In this document: one piece after another, positions 18,939 to 28,227 of the stretch
How positions within the stretch are numbered: the stretch's first letter is position 1
Layout: every line of letters starts with the position of its first letter
DNA from: an uncultured Acidobacteriota bacterium
GTDB taxonomy: Bacteria; Acidobacteriota; Thermoanaerobaculia; Multivoradales; UBA5704
DNA length: 64,000 nucleotides
Direction of reading: 5' to 3'
NCBI GenBank assembly: GCA_963770895.1
Contig: CAVYRF010000002.1
Coordinates: forward strand, 3,456,001 to 3,520,000
Translations under genes and position numbers: made by a program
Notes under the pieces: model-generated
Databases searched by the model: none
Told to the model about the DNA's origin: nothing
Seen by the model: the letters and a program-made list of their open reading frames with translations, nothing else

Positions 18939-20966
18939 ATGCGGGCCGCTTTTGGTATCGGGGACGGCACTGTGCGGGCGGCGAAAGCGCGTTTGCGCGG
19001 CCGCCGGTTCCAGGCCGTGACATGGCTGGTCTTGCGCAGTGTGGGGGTGGCGGTCGTGTGCTGCACGCCGGTGGCGGCGCAGGTCGGGGTGGGGCCACAG
19101 CCCGCGCCGGCGGCGCCGGCGATCGCGGCGCCGCGCGACGTTGCGTTTGAGGGTGTCGTCGGGCTGAGCGTCGACGCCAGGGATACCGCGCACAAGATCT
19201 TCGCGGTGCACGAGACAGTGCCGGTGGCGGCGGGGGCGGAGGCGCCGGGCGAGATGGTGCTGCTGTATCCGCGGTGGGAGACGGGGAGCCACGCGGCGAC
19301 CGGCTCGGTTGCCAACCTGGCGGGGCTGATCGTGCGGGCGGCGGGGCGGCGGCTGGAGTGGCGGCGCGACCCGGTCGACGTGTTTGCGTTCTGGGTGGCA
19401 GTGCCGGCCGGTGCGCCGGCGCTGGAGGTGGATTTTCAGTACCTGTCGCCGCTGGCGCCGCGGGCGGGCGCGGTGGTGATGACGCCTGACATCGTGGTGG
19501 TGCCGTGGCAGCGGTTGGTGCTGGTTCCCGCGGGTTGGTTCCTGCGCGATATCCAGGTCCAGGCAGACCTCACCCTGCCGGCCGGTTTTCAGTCCGCGTC
19601 GTCTTTGGAAACCGCGCGCGTCGCCGGCGGGACGGTCTTTTTCCGCACGGCGACGGTCGAAACCCTGGTGGATTCGCCGGTCTACGCCGGCCGGTGGTTC
19701 CGGCGCCTGGTTCTGACGCCGCCGGGTGAGGCGCAGGTGGCGCTGGACGTCGTGGCCGACCGGGCCGCGGACCTGGAGGCGGCGCCGGGCGAGCTGGCAC
19801 GCTGGCGCGCCGTGGTCGCGCAGACGCTGCGGCTGTTTGGGTCGCGGCACTACGATCACTACGATCTGCTGGTTTCGGTGAGCGACATCCTGCCGAGCAG
19901 CGGCGGCCTGGAGCACCTGCGGTCGGGCGAGATCAACCTGCCGGCCGATTTTCTGCGCGCGCCGCAGGACCACCTGCTCGGCCAGGGCCTGTTGGCGCAC
20001 GAATACGTCCACTCCTGGAACGGCCGCCTCCGGCAGCCGGCCGATCTGTGGACGCCCGACCTCAACACGCCGATGCGGGACAGCCTGCTCTGGGTCTACG
20101 AAGGCCTGACCGAGCTGTGGGGCGACGTCCTGGCCGTCCGCGCGGGACTGCTCACTGCCGAGCAGGCGCGCGACGTCCTGGCGCTGGCCGCCGCCACGGC
20201 CCAGACCCGCGCCGGGCGATCCTGGAAGTCGCTCGCGGACAGCAACAACGATCCGCTGTTCGACGCCGGGCACCCGGTTTCCTGGCGGGACTGGCAGCGG
20301 CGCGAGGACTATTACGGCGAGGGGGCGCTGCTGTGGCTGGACGTCGACGCCCAGATCCGGCAGCGGACCGGCGGCGCGCGCAGCCTGGACGACTTCGCCC
20401 GCGCCTTCTTCGGGCCGCCCGACGGCGGCCAGGTCGTCCACACCTACACGGAAGAGCAGGTGTGCGCGGCGCTGGCCCGCATCGCGCCATTCGACTGGCA
20501 GGGCTACTTCCGCGGCCGGCTGCAAAGCCACGACGCGGACCAGGTCCTGGACGGCCTGGCGCGCGCGGGGTACCGGCTGGTCTATGCGCCGGAGCCCACC
20601 GCCGCCTTCCGCGAGAGCGAGGCGGAGGACGGCGTCGCAGCAGATCTTTCCTTTTCCATCGGCCTCGCCGTCGCCAAAACGGGCGTGGTGAAGAGCGTCG
20701 CCTGGGAGGGCGAGGCCTTTCGCGCCGGGCTCGCTCCCGGCGTGCAGATCACCGCGGTCGACGGCCGGCCTTTCGACGCCGGTGACCTGGTCCAGGCCGT
20801 CGCCCGGACGACCGATCCCCTGGACATCACCTTTGTGCAGGACGGGCAGACGCGCACCGCCCGCCTGGCCCACCAGGACGGCCTGCTCTATCCGCGCCTG
20901 GCCAGGCTCCCCGGCACAGCCGACGGCCTGGCCGCGCTCTGGGCGCCCCTGGGGGCTGTTCCCTGA
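18939..20966 (+). CDS. M61 glycyl aminopeptidase with a C-terminal PDZ-like domain (start uncertain)
   Basis: GGLEH, LLAHEYVHSWNG, LLWVYEGLT and DYYGEG. PDZ-like AFRAGLAPG...AVDG. Confidence 0.88.
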   Translation: MRAAFGIGDGTVRAAKARLRGRRFQAVTWLVLRSVGVAVVCCTPVAAQVGVGPQPAPAAPAIAAPRDVAFEGVVGLSVDARDTAHKIFAVHETVPVAAGAEAPGEMVLLYPRWETGSHAATGSVANLAGLIVRAAGRRLEWRRDPVDVFAFWVAVPAGAPALEVDFQYLSPLAPRAGAVVMTPDIVVVPWQRLVLVPAGWFLRDIQVQADLTLPAGFQSASSLETARVAGGTVFFRTATVETLVDSPVYAGRWFRRLVLTPPGEAQVALDVVADRAADLEAAPGELARWRAVVAQTLRLFGSRHYDHYDLLVSVSDILPSSGGLEHLRSGEINLPADFLRAPQDHLLGQGLLAHEYVHSWNGRLRQPADLWTPDLNTPMRDSLLWVYEGLTELWGDVLAVRAGLLTAEQARDVLALAAATAQTRAGRSWKSLADSNNDPLFDAGHPVSWRDWQRREDYYGEGALLWLDVDAQIRQRTGGARSLDDFARAFFGPPDGGQVVHTYTEEQVCAALARIAPFDWQGYFRGRLQSHDADQVLDGLARAGYRLVYAPEPTAAFRESEAEDGVAADLSFSIGLAVAKTGVVKSVAWEGEAFRAGLAPGVQITAVDGRPFDAGDLVQAVARTTDPLDITFVQDGQTRTARLAHQDGLLYPRLARLPGTADGLAALWAPLGAVP

Positions 20967-21114
20967 AAGCGGATGGCGGGAAAGGCGGCCCGGATTCAGT
21001 CCCCTGGTGCACCCCGCATCTTGGACCTGGGGGGAGGAGCGGTGTGCCGGGGCGGTCTCTGCGCCCGCCTGCCTTCCGGCGAGAGCCATCTCGCATTTTC
21101 AACGGAGACGCGAC

Positions 21115-21309
21115 ATGAAGAAGAACTTCAGGAAGCTGCAGCTGTGCCGTGAAACCTTGCACTTCTTGACCCCCGGCGATTCCGGGCTGCGCAATGCCAA
21201 GGGCGGCCTCATCACCTATGGCGGCCCTTGCACCATGACCGCTGCCAAGGACTGCACCGTCTGCACCAATTCTTGTCCGACAGAGTGCGGCGCGAACTGC
21301 CCCCAGTAG
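21115..21309 (+). CDS. RiPP (lanthipeptide-like) precursor peptide, 64 aa
   Basis: GGAG RBS. Leader MKKNFRKLQLCRETL...AKGG. The core has 6 Cys and 7 Ser/Thr. Confidence 0.75.
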   Translation: MKKNFRKLQLCRETLHFLTPGDSGLRNAKGGLITYGGPCTMTAAKDCTVCTNSCPTECGANCPQ

Positions 21310-21338
21310 CGGCCAGGCGATCCGATTGAACCTCAGTT

Positions 21339-21370
21339 CCGGCGGTGGCAGGAGGACTTGCCACCGCCGG
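21339..21370 (+). terminator. Hairpin after the precursor gene (terminator or RNA stabiliser)
   Basis: Perfect 12-bp inverted repeat CCGGCGGTGGCA/TGCCACCGCCGG, with no U-tract. Confidence 0.5.
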
Positions 21371-21937
21371 CTGCGATGCCGCCCGGAGGCTCCCAGGGTG
21401 GCGGCAACCCTCATTTCCGGGATGCAGATGACAGCCTCAAGCGGGTGGTTGCGGCGTGGCAGTGCGTCGGGCGCCCGGCAATCGCTGCGGTCGCGCGCAC
21501 ACGTGTCGGCGCCCGCCGCAGACTTTAGGAGTAAGCCCCGCGCCGGTGTCCCCCGCGGCTGAGCCTGCCGCGCTGTTACGAGTCGCGAAAGGGGGACACC
21601 GGCCGGCGAGCGCTGTGCGGCGCACTGCCGCAATCGCGGGCTCGCAGCAAGATCTGGCACAAGGGGGCGTCTCCTTGCGCCTCGTCAACGAAAGCATACG
21701 GACCGTCCGAGCAAGCAGGTGCGGTTCGTGTGCGAAGGGCTGGCTGTTGCCCGAGCGCGCACCGTGGGCTCAGGGTGTGGCGAGTGCGCGGTTGTGTGGG
21801 CAATGATCTTGCTGGGGCAGATGGATGGAGTGGCCGCTATCGGCAGGGGTGAGAAGCGCACGGGGGCCGCGGTGCGCGCGAGGCGAGAGACTCGAAGGAG
21901 ATCGGACGGGTGCCGTTCGTGCCGTCGATCTACATCT

Positions 21938-22354
21938 TCATGGATTTGGGGAGTACGCCTGAACCTTCATGGCGCGAAGCGCTTGAACGAGCCTTGTGTC
22001 AAGGGTAATCACCGCGGCTCCCTGGCGGCGCGCCAAGACGGCGTACATCATGTCGTAGACTGGATGGTGATAGGTCGCGGCGGCTACGAGCGCTTCGTGC
22101 GCCAAGACGGTTCCGGGTACCAGGGGCTGCCCGGCCAGGGCTAGTGCCATAGCCAGCCGGTCCATCGCCTCTTCGGCCGTGATGTCACCGTGCTCAACGT
22201 ACCTCCAGAGGCCGTTGGCAACCTCACTTGCGAAGAGGTCGGGCGCGGTCACGAGCTGGGCCTTGTCGAGACGCTCTGCGATTGCGTCAGAGCTTTTTCC
22301 ATCCATGACGAGATGAAGCGCCGCGGAGGCATCGAGGACGACCCGTGACTTCAC
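21938..22354 (-). CDS. vapC: PIN-domain (VapC-like) toxin
   Basis: VVLDASA...EVANGL...VYDMMY...ITLD. Confidence 0.88.
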   Translation of the reverse strand: MKSRVVLDASAALHLVMDGKSSDAIAERLDKAQLVTAPDLFASEVANGLWRYVEHGDITAEEAMDRLAMALALAGQPLVPGTVLAHEALVAAATYHHPVYDMMYAVLARRQGAAVITLDTRLVQALRAMKVQAYSPNP

Positions 22355-22596
22355 CGCTCGCGGTCCTCGCGGATGAGCTGCTCGGCAGGAATCGAAAGCT
22401 CCCGTAGGCCGCTCTCACGTCTCCGCTCGCGCAGCTCGGCGAGCACCTGCTTCCGGGTTTCGCGCACTGTGAGCTCAGGCAGACGGCGCAGCTCGACGAT
22501 CGCCTGCTGGGCCATGCTCCGGTTCTCTGCCTTGGCGCGAGCGGCCAGGGCCTCGTAAACATCCGGCGGTAGGTCCCTGATCTGAAGTGAAGCCAT
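22351..22596 (-). CDS. FitA-like ribbon-helix-helix antitoxin
   Basis: MASLQIRDLPPDVYEALAARAKAENRS...LIREDRER. 4-bp overlap with the PIN gene. Confidence 0.85.
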   Translation of the reverse strand: MASLQIRDLPPDVYEALAARAKAENRSMAQQAIVELRRLPELTVRETRKQVLAELRERRRESGLRELSIPAEQLIREDRER

Positions 22597-22796
22597 GGAT
22601 ACCCCTCTCTCTGTGCATCATATTGCATGCAGAATGGTGAGAGCAAGGGCTCCTCCGACATCCGTGGCGATCAACGGGTGCAGTAGCCCCGGCATGGCAC
22701 AGGTGGATTTCTTCGAGCCCACGGTCGATGCGGCGGCGAGCGAACTATGGCGCGTTGACAGTGGGAGAGGGTCGGGTCACAGTGGTACTCATGAGT

Positions 22797-23042
22797 ATGA
22801 GTAAGCGCATTCAGATCCCGGTTGGCGAGCAGGATTGCTCCCATTTCCAGGCCGCCGCGCGGCGCGCGGGTCTGCCGCTCGCCGAGTGGGCTCGGCGGCA
22901 GCTCCGCGAGAAAGCCGACGAGGCGCTGCGTAGGGAGGCCCTCTCCCCCACTGAGGCTCTCGCCAGGTTGAAGGAGCTCAAGGCGCCCATCGCCCCAATC
23001 GAGAAGATGCTCGACGAGTCGGTCACCGGACGCTACACGTGA
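22797..23042 (+). CDS. Putative antitoxin (RHH-like)
   Basis: MSKRIQIPV...LAEWARRQL. The palindrome TACTCATGAGTA lies at the start, and a PIN remnant follows. Confidence 0.65.
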   Translation: MSKRIQIPVGEQDCSHFQAAARRAGLPLAEWARRQLREKADEALRREALSPTEALARLKELKAPIAPIEKMLDESVTGRYT

Positions 23043-23274
23043 TCCGGCGGTCGCCTTCCAGCTCTTCGACGTGGCGACTCAGCTAGGCCTGCCGATCCTC
23101 GCGGTCACGGAGCGCTCGCTCCTGGAGGCCCGCAGGATTCTCGAAGATCACCCGCGCCTGTCCACCCGCAACGGCATTCATCTCGGCGTCATGCGCGAGC
23201 ATGGGATCGAAGAAGTGCTCTCCTACGATCGTGGCCTCTCGCAGGTGTCCTGGGTCAAACGCCTCGAGGCCTGA
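23039..23274 (+). pseudogene. PIN-domain toxin with the N-terminal half deleted
   Basis: Only the C-terminal PIN half remains (LSTRNGIHLGVM...VLSYDRG). The GTG overlapping the antitoxin stop is out of frame with it. Confidence 0.65.
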
Positions 23275-23355
23275 CGCCGGCGTCCAGAGACGGGTTGTCA
23301 TCTCGCCCTCGCAGATGATGAGCCGCTCTGCCGGAGTAGGTGAACAGTACCTGGA

Positions 23356-24102
23356 CTACGACGTCCCAGGTGGGCCGCCGGGGATTTGCAGCCTTTCCTC
23401 CCATTTCGCCAGGTCTACGCCCTTCACCAGGAGCCAGAGGGCTAGCGAGGACTCCGCGATGAGGGGCGGCAGCATGACGGCGGGGAAGAGCATCGATGCG
23501 AGCCCGGGGGCGAGAAGCAGCGCGAAGCTGTTCAGCAGGTAGCAAACGCCGGCGGCCTGCATCAGGAATCCGAGGGTTTTCGGCAGGAAGCCGGAGCGGC
23601 GGATCAGGTGGCCTTCGAGGAGGCACACCGCACCGAAGAAGATCAGCCCGATGCCGAAGCCGTGGTCATGGGCCCTGAGGCAGACGTACGTCAACGCATA
23701 GAGCTGCTGCGGCGTCCACGCCTGCAAGTACGCTGCGTCGCTCAACAGGAACAACGGCAGGACGAGCATGATCTTGTTGGCAACGAGCACGGCGGTCTGG
23801 ACCACGTTGAACAGCAACACGCTCAACGCCAGATTGCGGTTGACCGTCCTGAACAAGAGATACAAGGCCGTCATCACCACGACATCACAGAGATGCATCA
23901 ACAGGTCCGCCGCGATGCTTGCGCGCCACAACGATTGTGAAGCCACGATGTTGTGGGCGGTTGCCGCCGCGTCGCCGGTGACGATGATCTTGCCGCGGAC
24001 GAATACCTCCGCCCATCCTCCCGCCACGATGAGAACCAGGTAGAGAGCGCCGGCGATTCGTGCATAGAGCTGAGGTGACTGCTTTGCCGGAACCTTCGCC
24101 AT
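23356..24102 (-). CDS. DUF4386 family membrane protein
   Basis: ARIAGALYL...GDAAATAHNI...IFFG...SGFLPK...E..LALWLLVKG. Confidence 0.85.
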   Translation of the reverse strand: MAKVPAKQSPQLYARIAGALYLVLIVAGGWAEVFVRGKIIVTGDAAATAHNIVASQSLWRASIAADLLMHLCDVVVMTALYLLFRTVNRNLALSVLLFNVVQTAVLVANKIMLVLPLFLLSDAAYLQAWTPQQLYALTYVCLRAHDHGFGIGLIFFGAVCLLEGHLIRRSGFLPKTLGFLMQAAGVCYLLNSFALLLAPGLASMLFPAVMLPPLIAESSLALWLLVKGVDLAKWEERLQIPGGPPGTS

Positions 24103-24308
24103 TTCTTTTCCTTACCCGGCCGCGTCACTCTACCGATCGGGCGGGTGACTCGGTTGGTCGCTGTTGAAGTCACTACGGAGCGGCCGGTCGAATAGTTACA
24201 GGGTTGGGCAATCCAGGGCCCGTCCGGGTCCTTGTCCTATAACTTGGCGTCTGGAAACCACTAAGGGGGCAGCTCATCCAGAGCAAACGTCATGCGGAGG
24301 CAACGCAC

Positions 24309-25400
24309 ATGAGATCTCGCGCAATGTTCTACGCGCTCTCCCAGGCGGTCCGGGTCGGGGGGCAGGTCACGAGGTGGGCGCGGCGGCTTGCGCTCTTCGG
24401 CGTCGTGGCGGCGGTCGCCTTGCCCGCGGGGCTGGAAGCGCAGGCCTCGCGGCACTTGCAGCAGGCGGACATCTGGTTCCATCCCTTGCCGTCGGCGTCG
24501 GCGTGGCCCACCGGGGAGCCCGTCGGCGGGTCGACGGATTTTCGCGCGCTGTTCAAGGGCAACGCCCCATGGCCGCGGGCGATCGCGCGGGTCAAGGTGG
24601 TGGGGATGTACGCCGCCTGGATCGTTGCGGCCAGCGATCAGGAATTGAGACAAACTGTCAGTTTTCTCAACCAGCACCACATGGGGATCGAGATCGAAGC
24701 GCCGGCGCTGCAGGCGCCCCCCACCTGTGGCTCAGGCGTGGAAGGGTATGTGCCGTGGGGCCAGTCGCTCTACGATTTCACCCTTGCCTACCTGAATCGG
24801 TTGAAAGCGCTCGACGCCCAGGTGGCCTTCGTGAAGGTCGACGAACCGTTTTTCTTCGGCAGCATCTCGGACGACCCCCGCGCCTGCCGCCTGCCGGTCG
24901 AGGAGGTGGCCTTGGCGGTCGGGCAGTACGCGCGGCTGGTCAAGAGCGTCTATCCTCATGCCGACGTCGGCGACGTGGAACCGATCATCGAGGGCCCCTA
25001 CCCTGTCGATGTCGTGAGCGCGATGGCACAGTGGCACGACGCCTACCGGACGGTCACCGGGGCGCCGTTCCCGTTCTTCTTCGCGGACATCGATTTCAGC
25101 AACCCCGCGTGGCCGACGATCGTCAAGACCCTGGAGGACCAGACGCGGCAAAGCGGCATGCAATTCGGCATCATCTACATCGGCGACGAGCAGGACACCT
25201 CCGATGCGGAATGGGCGGACAAGGCCGTGGCGCGCTTTCGGATCTACCAGCAAGAGAGCGGCGGCCGGCCCGACCACGTGCTGTTCCAGTCCTGGGAGCC
25301 GCACCCGGCGCACTGCCTGCCGGAAACCGATCCAACCACCTTCACCGGCGTGATCGACGCCTACCTCCGCGAGATGACGCCCTACGGCAGCTGGCCCTAA
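24309..25400 (+). CDS. Secreted hypothetical protein (possibly a glycoside-hydrolase-like barrel)
   Basis: 363 aa with a signal peptide and the motifs VDEPFF, VGDVEP and LFQSW. Start uncertain. Confidence 0.65.
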   Translation: MRSRAMFYALSQAVRVGGQVTRWARRLALFGVVAAVALPAGLEAQASRHLQQADIWFHPLPSASAWPTGEPVGGSTDFRALFKGNAPWPRAIARVKVVGMYAAWIVAASDQELRQTVSFLNQHHMGIEIEAPALQAPPTCGSGVEGYVPWGQSLYDFTLAYLNRLKALDAQVAFVKVDEPFFFGSISDDPRACRLPVEEVALAVGQYARLVKSVYPHADVGDVEPIIEGPYPVDVVSAMAQWHDAYRTVTGAPFPFFFADIDFSNPAWPTIVKTLEDQTRQSGMQFGIIYIGDEQDTSDAEWADKAVARFRIYQQESGGRPDHVLFQSWEPHPAHCLPETDPTTFTGVIDAYLREMTPYGSWP

Positions 25401-25487
25401 CGGCTCGTTTCGGGCTCTGGCCAGCTGCTCTGAGCGGGACTGCTCCTGGATAAACGGCAAAGTGCGCCGGCCTGCGGCGCCGCCTGG

Positions 25488-25524
25488 CTTATGAACGCAG
25501 CCCCAGGGGTGTGTGCACCATTTC
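25488..25524. repeat. Quasi-palindromic putative recombination site S1
   Basis: CTTATGAACGCAG-CCC-CA-GGG-GTGTGTGCACCATTTC. Aligns without gaps to S2-S4 and marks the start of the low-GC block. Confidence 0.75.
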
Positions 25525-26031
25525 TTACTGACCCTTCGCGGGCGGCTTCCTCGCCCGGACTACCCCGAGAGTCGTAGAATCTGAAGACTCTTCCTTTTCA
25601 ACTTGCCTCGGAGACAGTCTATCCAAGACCAGATCCACTAGAATCCTGGCGGTCTTCTCTGAATCGGCAAATTGGCTTAAGTGACTTTTCACTTCAGCGA
25701 CCAACTCCTCTCTTGCGCCGCGCTCTGGCAAATTAATCGAGCTTCCGACAAACTCATGTAGCTCCTGTCGCAGCTGGTCCAACGACTTCTCTGCCTTGTC
25801 GCCAGTGCCGATGCGCTTTGAAATCAAACCGCTAGTGACGGCAACAAAGATCGGGATCAAAGCCTTGCAAACCAGTATATCCACGAGGATACTGCCATCT
25901 AGATTGAGCGCCTGGCCTACGCCTGATGCTCTGGCTGTAATGGTTGCTGTGATCACTTCGCCTGCTGCTTTAAAGCAGGTTGCAACTTCATGCCTAGTTA
26001 CGGTGGCGCGATTAGAACCTCCGGCATCCAT
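25525..26031 (-). CDS. Hypothetical protein (low GC, one hydrophobic segment)
   Basis: 168-aa ORF whose start overlaps the upstream gene stop and whose stop abuts site S1. Confidence 0.6.
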   Translation of the reverse strand: MDAGGSNRATVTRHEVATCFKAAGEVITATITARASGVGQALNLDGSILVDILVCKALIPIFVAVTSGLISKRIGTGDKAEKSLDQLRQELHEFVGSSINLPERGAREELVAEVKSHLSQFADSEKTARILVDLVLDRLSPRQVEKEESSDSTTLGVVRARKPPAKGQ

Positions 26032-27575
26032 CAGAACCTCCGCGTTTTGTAAAAGTCAGACCATACCTGTCTGGCGAAGCACTGTGGAATTTCGGATGAA
26101 TGCGGAATCGATTCGCAGCTTCCAGATCTAAGAGGGCAGGGATAAAACGCATACTGCGTAGCCACGGGGCAGCAGAATTCCGTTCCCGACCAAACGGACT
26201 CCGAGAGGCCAATGAAGATCAATCGCCCAAGATGGGTATCCATTACTGAATGGGGAGACGCCGGTATAGTGTAGGCCGTTCGTCCTTCCTTCGTCTTCTC
26301 TGCTGTAATGAAGAGCGGTGCCGCGAGTTCAACCCTTTCCTTAGTGCTGAACATCGGATGTAGGCCCAGATCCATCCCGATCGACAGAAAATGAGCTCGA
26401 TAAACGCGCAGCGGATCTTTTAGCAAGAGCTCCATGCCTTTGATTCGGGCCCGGTGAAAGATTTCAAAGAGGTCCCGCACGCCTGTTAACATGGCGAGCT
26501 TTAACAGCTCTTCAAAGAGCTGTATCCAACGCCTAGATACCTCGTCGTGACGAAGGAACGAAGTACCGCTGCTCGGTCCTGACGCAAGCCTGTTGCAGTA
26601 GTTGATATGATTTACAATCAACCCCATAAACTCAGTATGTAAATAAAGCTCGTTAAGGTTGAACTCATTACGATGCTCCATGATGCATGGCATCACCGAG
26701 CCTGCGAGCTTCAAGAAACGGACCGCTGGTACCACGTCTTGTAAGGCAGAGCCATTGTTGAACTCATCCCCCTCTGGCAAAGGGCAAGTATGGAGTGCAA
26801 GGTCAAGCAGGAAAAGAAGAAGGCCGAACTCCGCAGCCCGAGGACAGTGTGGATACAATTGGTGTTGTCTGTTGGCTGTATCGAAGCGAATGGCCTCGAC
26901 GTACTTTTTGAAGGTATGAATGACCCTTTGGCAAGAAGTCATTCGCTCAGGCCGGAAGTATGGGGCTAGATCATTCACAACAGATTTGCTGAAAGCGTCT
27001 TTATAATGGAGCATCAAGTGGGCGATGCGGCGTTCGGTCAAGATGGCAGCGTGGCATTCAAAGAGTTCTTGTCCGGTCAAGCCAAAGCTGATCTCCAATC
27101 TATCCGCGATCGACGGGTGAGCGCGACTTTCGGCTTCCAGCACCCTGTCGAGGGTCCGCGAAGAGTAGATAATCTCCTGGAGGAAATGCCCTTCTTGATG
27201 GCGACCGTGTATCCGATTAGCAAAAGAATTATCGACCATCTCAGGGCTACTGTCGCTACCGCGGTTAGATTCGGGCTTGAGTCCTTGGGAAGCGTGAACG
27301 GCTATCGCGTTTTCGTCGGCATTAAGCTGCACCCAGGCACAGATGCCGAGTGTGTGGTCCTGGATAAAGTGAGTGGACTCATGGAGGAGCGTTACGAGGC
27401 CGAGAAATGCATCATGAGTCTTGAATTCCGTGCCCTCTTTGAGGGTACCGTCCGGCTTGAAGAGGTCAAGAGGGTTGGACCTCTCAAATGCGGTATACCA
27501 CAGGCGGTCTCCAATCCTGTGATGGCCGAGTATTGGGTTGGTCATAGGAAACCTGTGAAGCATTGCCTCGGACAT
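26031..27575 (-). CDS. Hypothetical HEXXH metalloprotease-like protein (low GC)
   Basis: 514-aa ORF with LLHESTHFIQ, a downstream ELFECHA and a Cys-rich C-terminus. GC is clearly lower than the flanks. Confidence 0.7.
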   Translation of the reverse strand: MSEAMLHRFPMTNPILGHHRIGDRLWYTAFERSNPLDLFKPDGTLKEGTEFKTHDAFLGLVTLLHESTHFIQDHTLGICAWVQLNADENAIAVHASQGLKPESNRGSDSSPEMVDNSFANRIHGRHQEGHFLQEIIYSSRTLDRVLEAESRAHPSIADRLEISFGLTGQELFECHAAILTERRIAHLMLHYKDAFSKSVVNDLAPYFRPERMTSCQRVIHTFKKYVEAIRFDTANRQHQLYPHCPRAAEFGLLLFLLDLALHTCPLPEGDEFNNGSALQDVVPAVRFLKLAGSVMPCIMEHRNEFNLNELYLHTEFMGLIVNHINYCNRLASGPSSGTSFLRHDEVSRRWIQLFEELLKLAMLTGVRDLFEIFHRARIKGMELLLKDPLRVYRAHFLSIGMDLGLHPMFSTKERVELAAPLFITAEKTKEGRTAYTIPASPHSVMDTHLGRLIFIGLSESVWSGTEFCCPVATQYAFYPCPLRSGSCESIPHSSEIPQCFARQVWSDFYKTRRF

Positions 27576-28227
27576 TGAGCGATGTCCGACGAACGGATCT
27601 GTGCCAGGAGGTCAAAATCACACTATAGCGTCTCGGCCTTTCTTGGCTGAGAGAACCTTGGTGACGTGAGGTTCTCCTCCTCTCTTCACCGGCTTACACC
27701 AAATGATAACATAGTGCGGATTCCGGCGAAGGCGACCACCCATTCCGACGGAAGGCGACCACCCGTCGGAGCGAGGCGGTGAGCGGAGGCTCATGGTTGG
27801 TTGAGGTGGTCGGCTTGGGCTTCTCCTGTGGTCCTTTTTCAGTGTATATGACCTCGTCGCCGGGGTTGTGGAAGGTCGTGGTAACCGGCGAGGGCGGGTG
27901 GTGGAGGGCGGGTGTGGTGGGGGGCCGGGAGCCGGTTTCCAAGCGGCTGTGGGAACGGCGGACCGGGGGCCGCGGCGGGCGGGGGCAGCGGAGCGTAGCG
28001 ACGCGGGCGGCCCACGTTGGGTCCGCGGTTTCCATCAGCCGCGGCACCTTCCACAGCCCATGCGTGCGTTGGGGGGTGGTGGGGGTGGGTGGGGGACGGG
28101 CCGGGCGGTGGGGCGGCCGGGCGGCGGCCGGCCGCTGTCGAGGTCTCGCCGGACGCCATAGGCGAGGCGCTGGGGCTCGCGGGGGGGCGGGGGGCACCAG
28201 GCGCCGCCACGGCGCGCCGCGATCGCG

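Noticed and set aside
18713-19315. N-terminal extension of glcD in the ORF track
   Set aside because: It overlaps the divergent M61 gene, and a strong RBS precedes the ATG at 18712.
24205-24247. Possible fifth site (GGGCAATCC...CCTATAACTTG)
   Set aside because: No CCC-NN-GGG core at the right spacing and no XRE-like arm.
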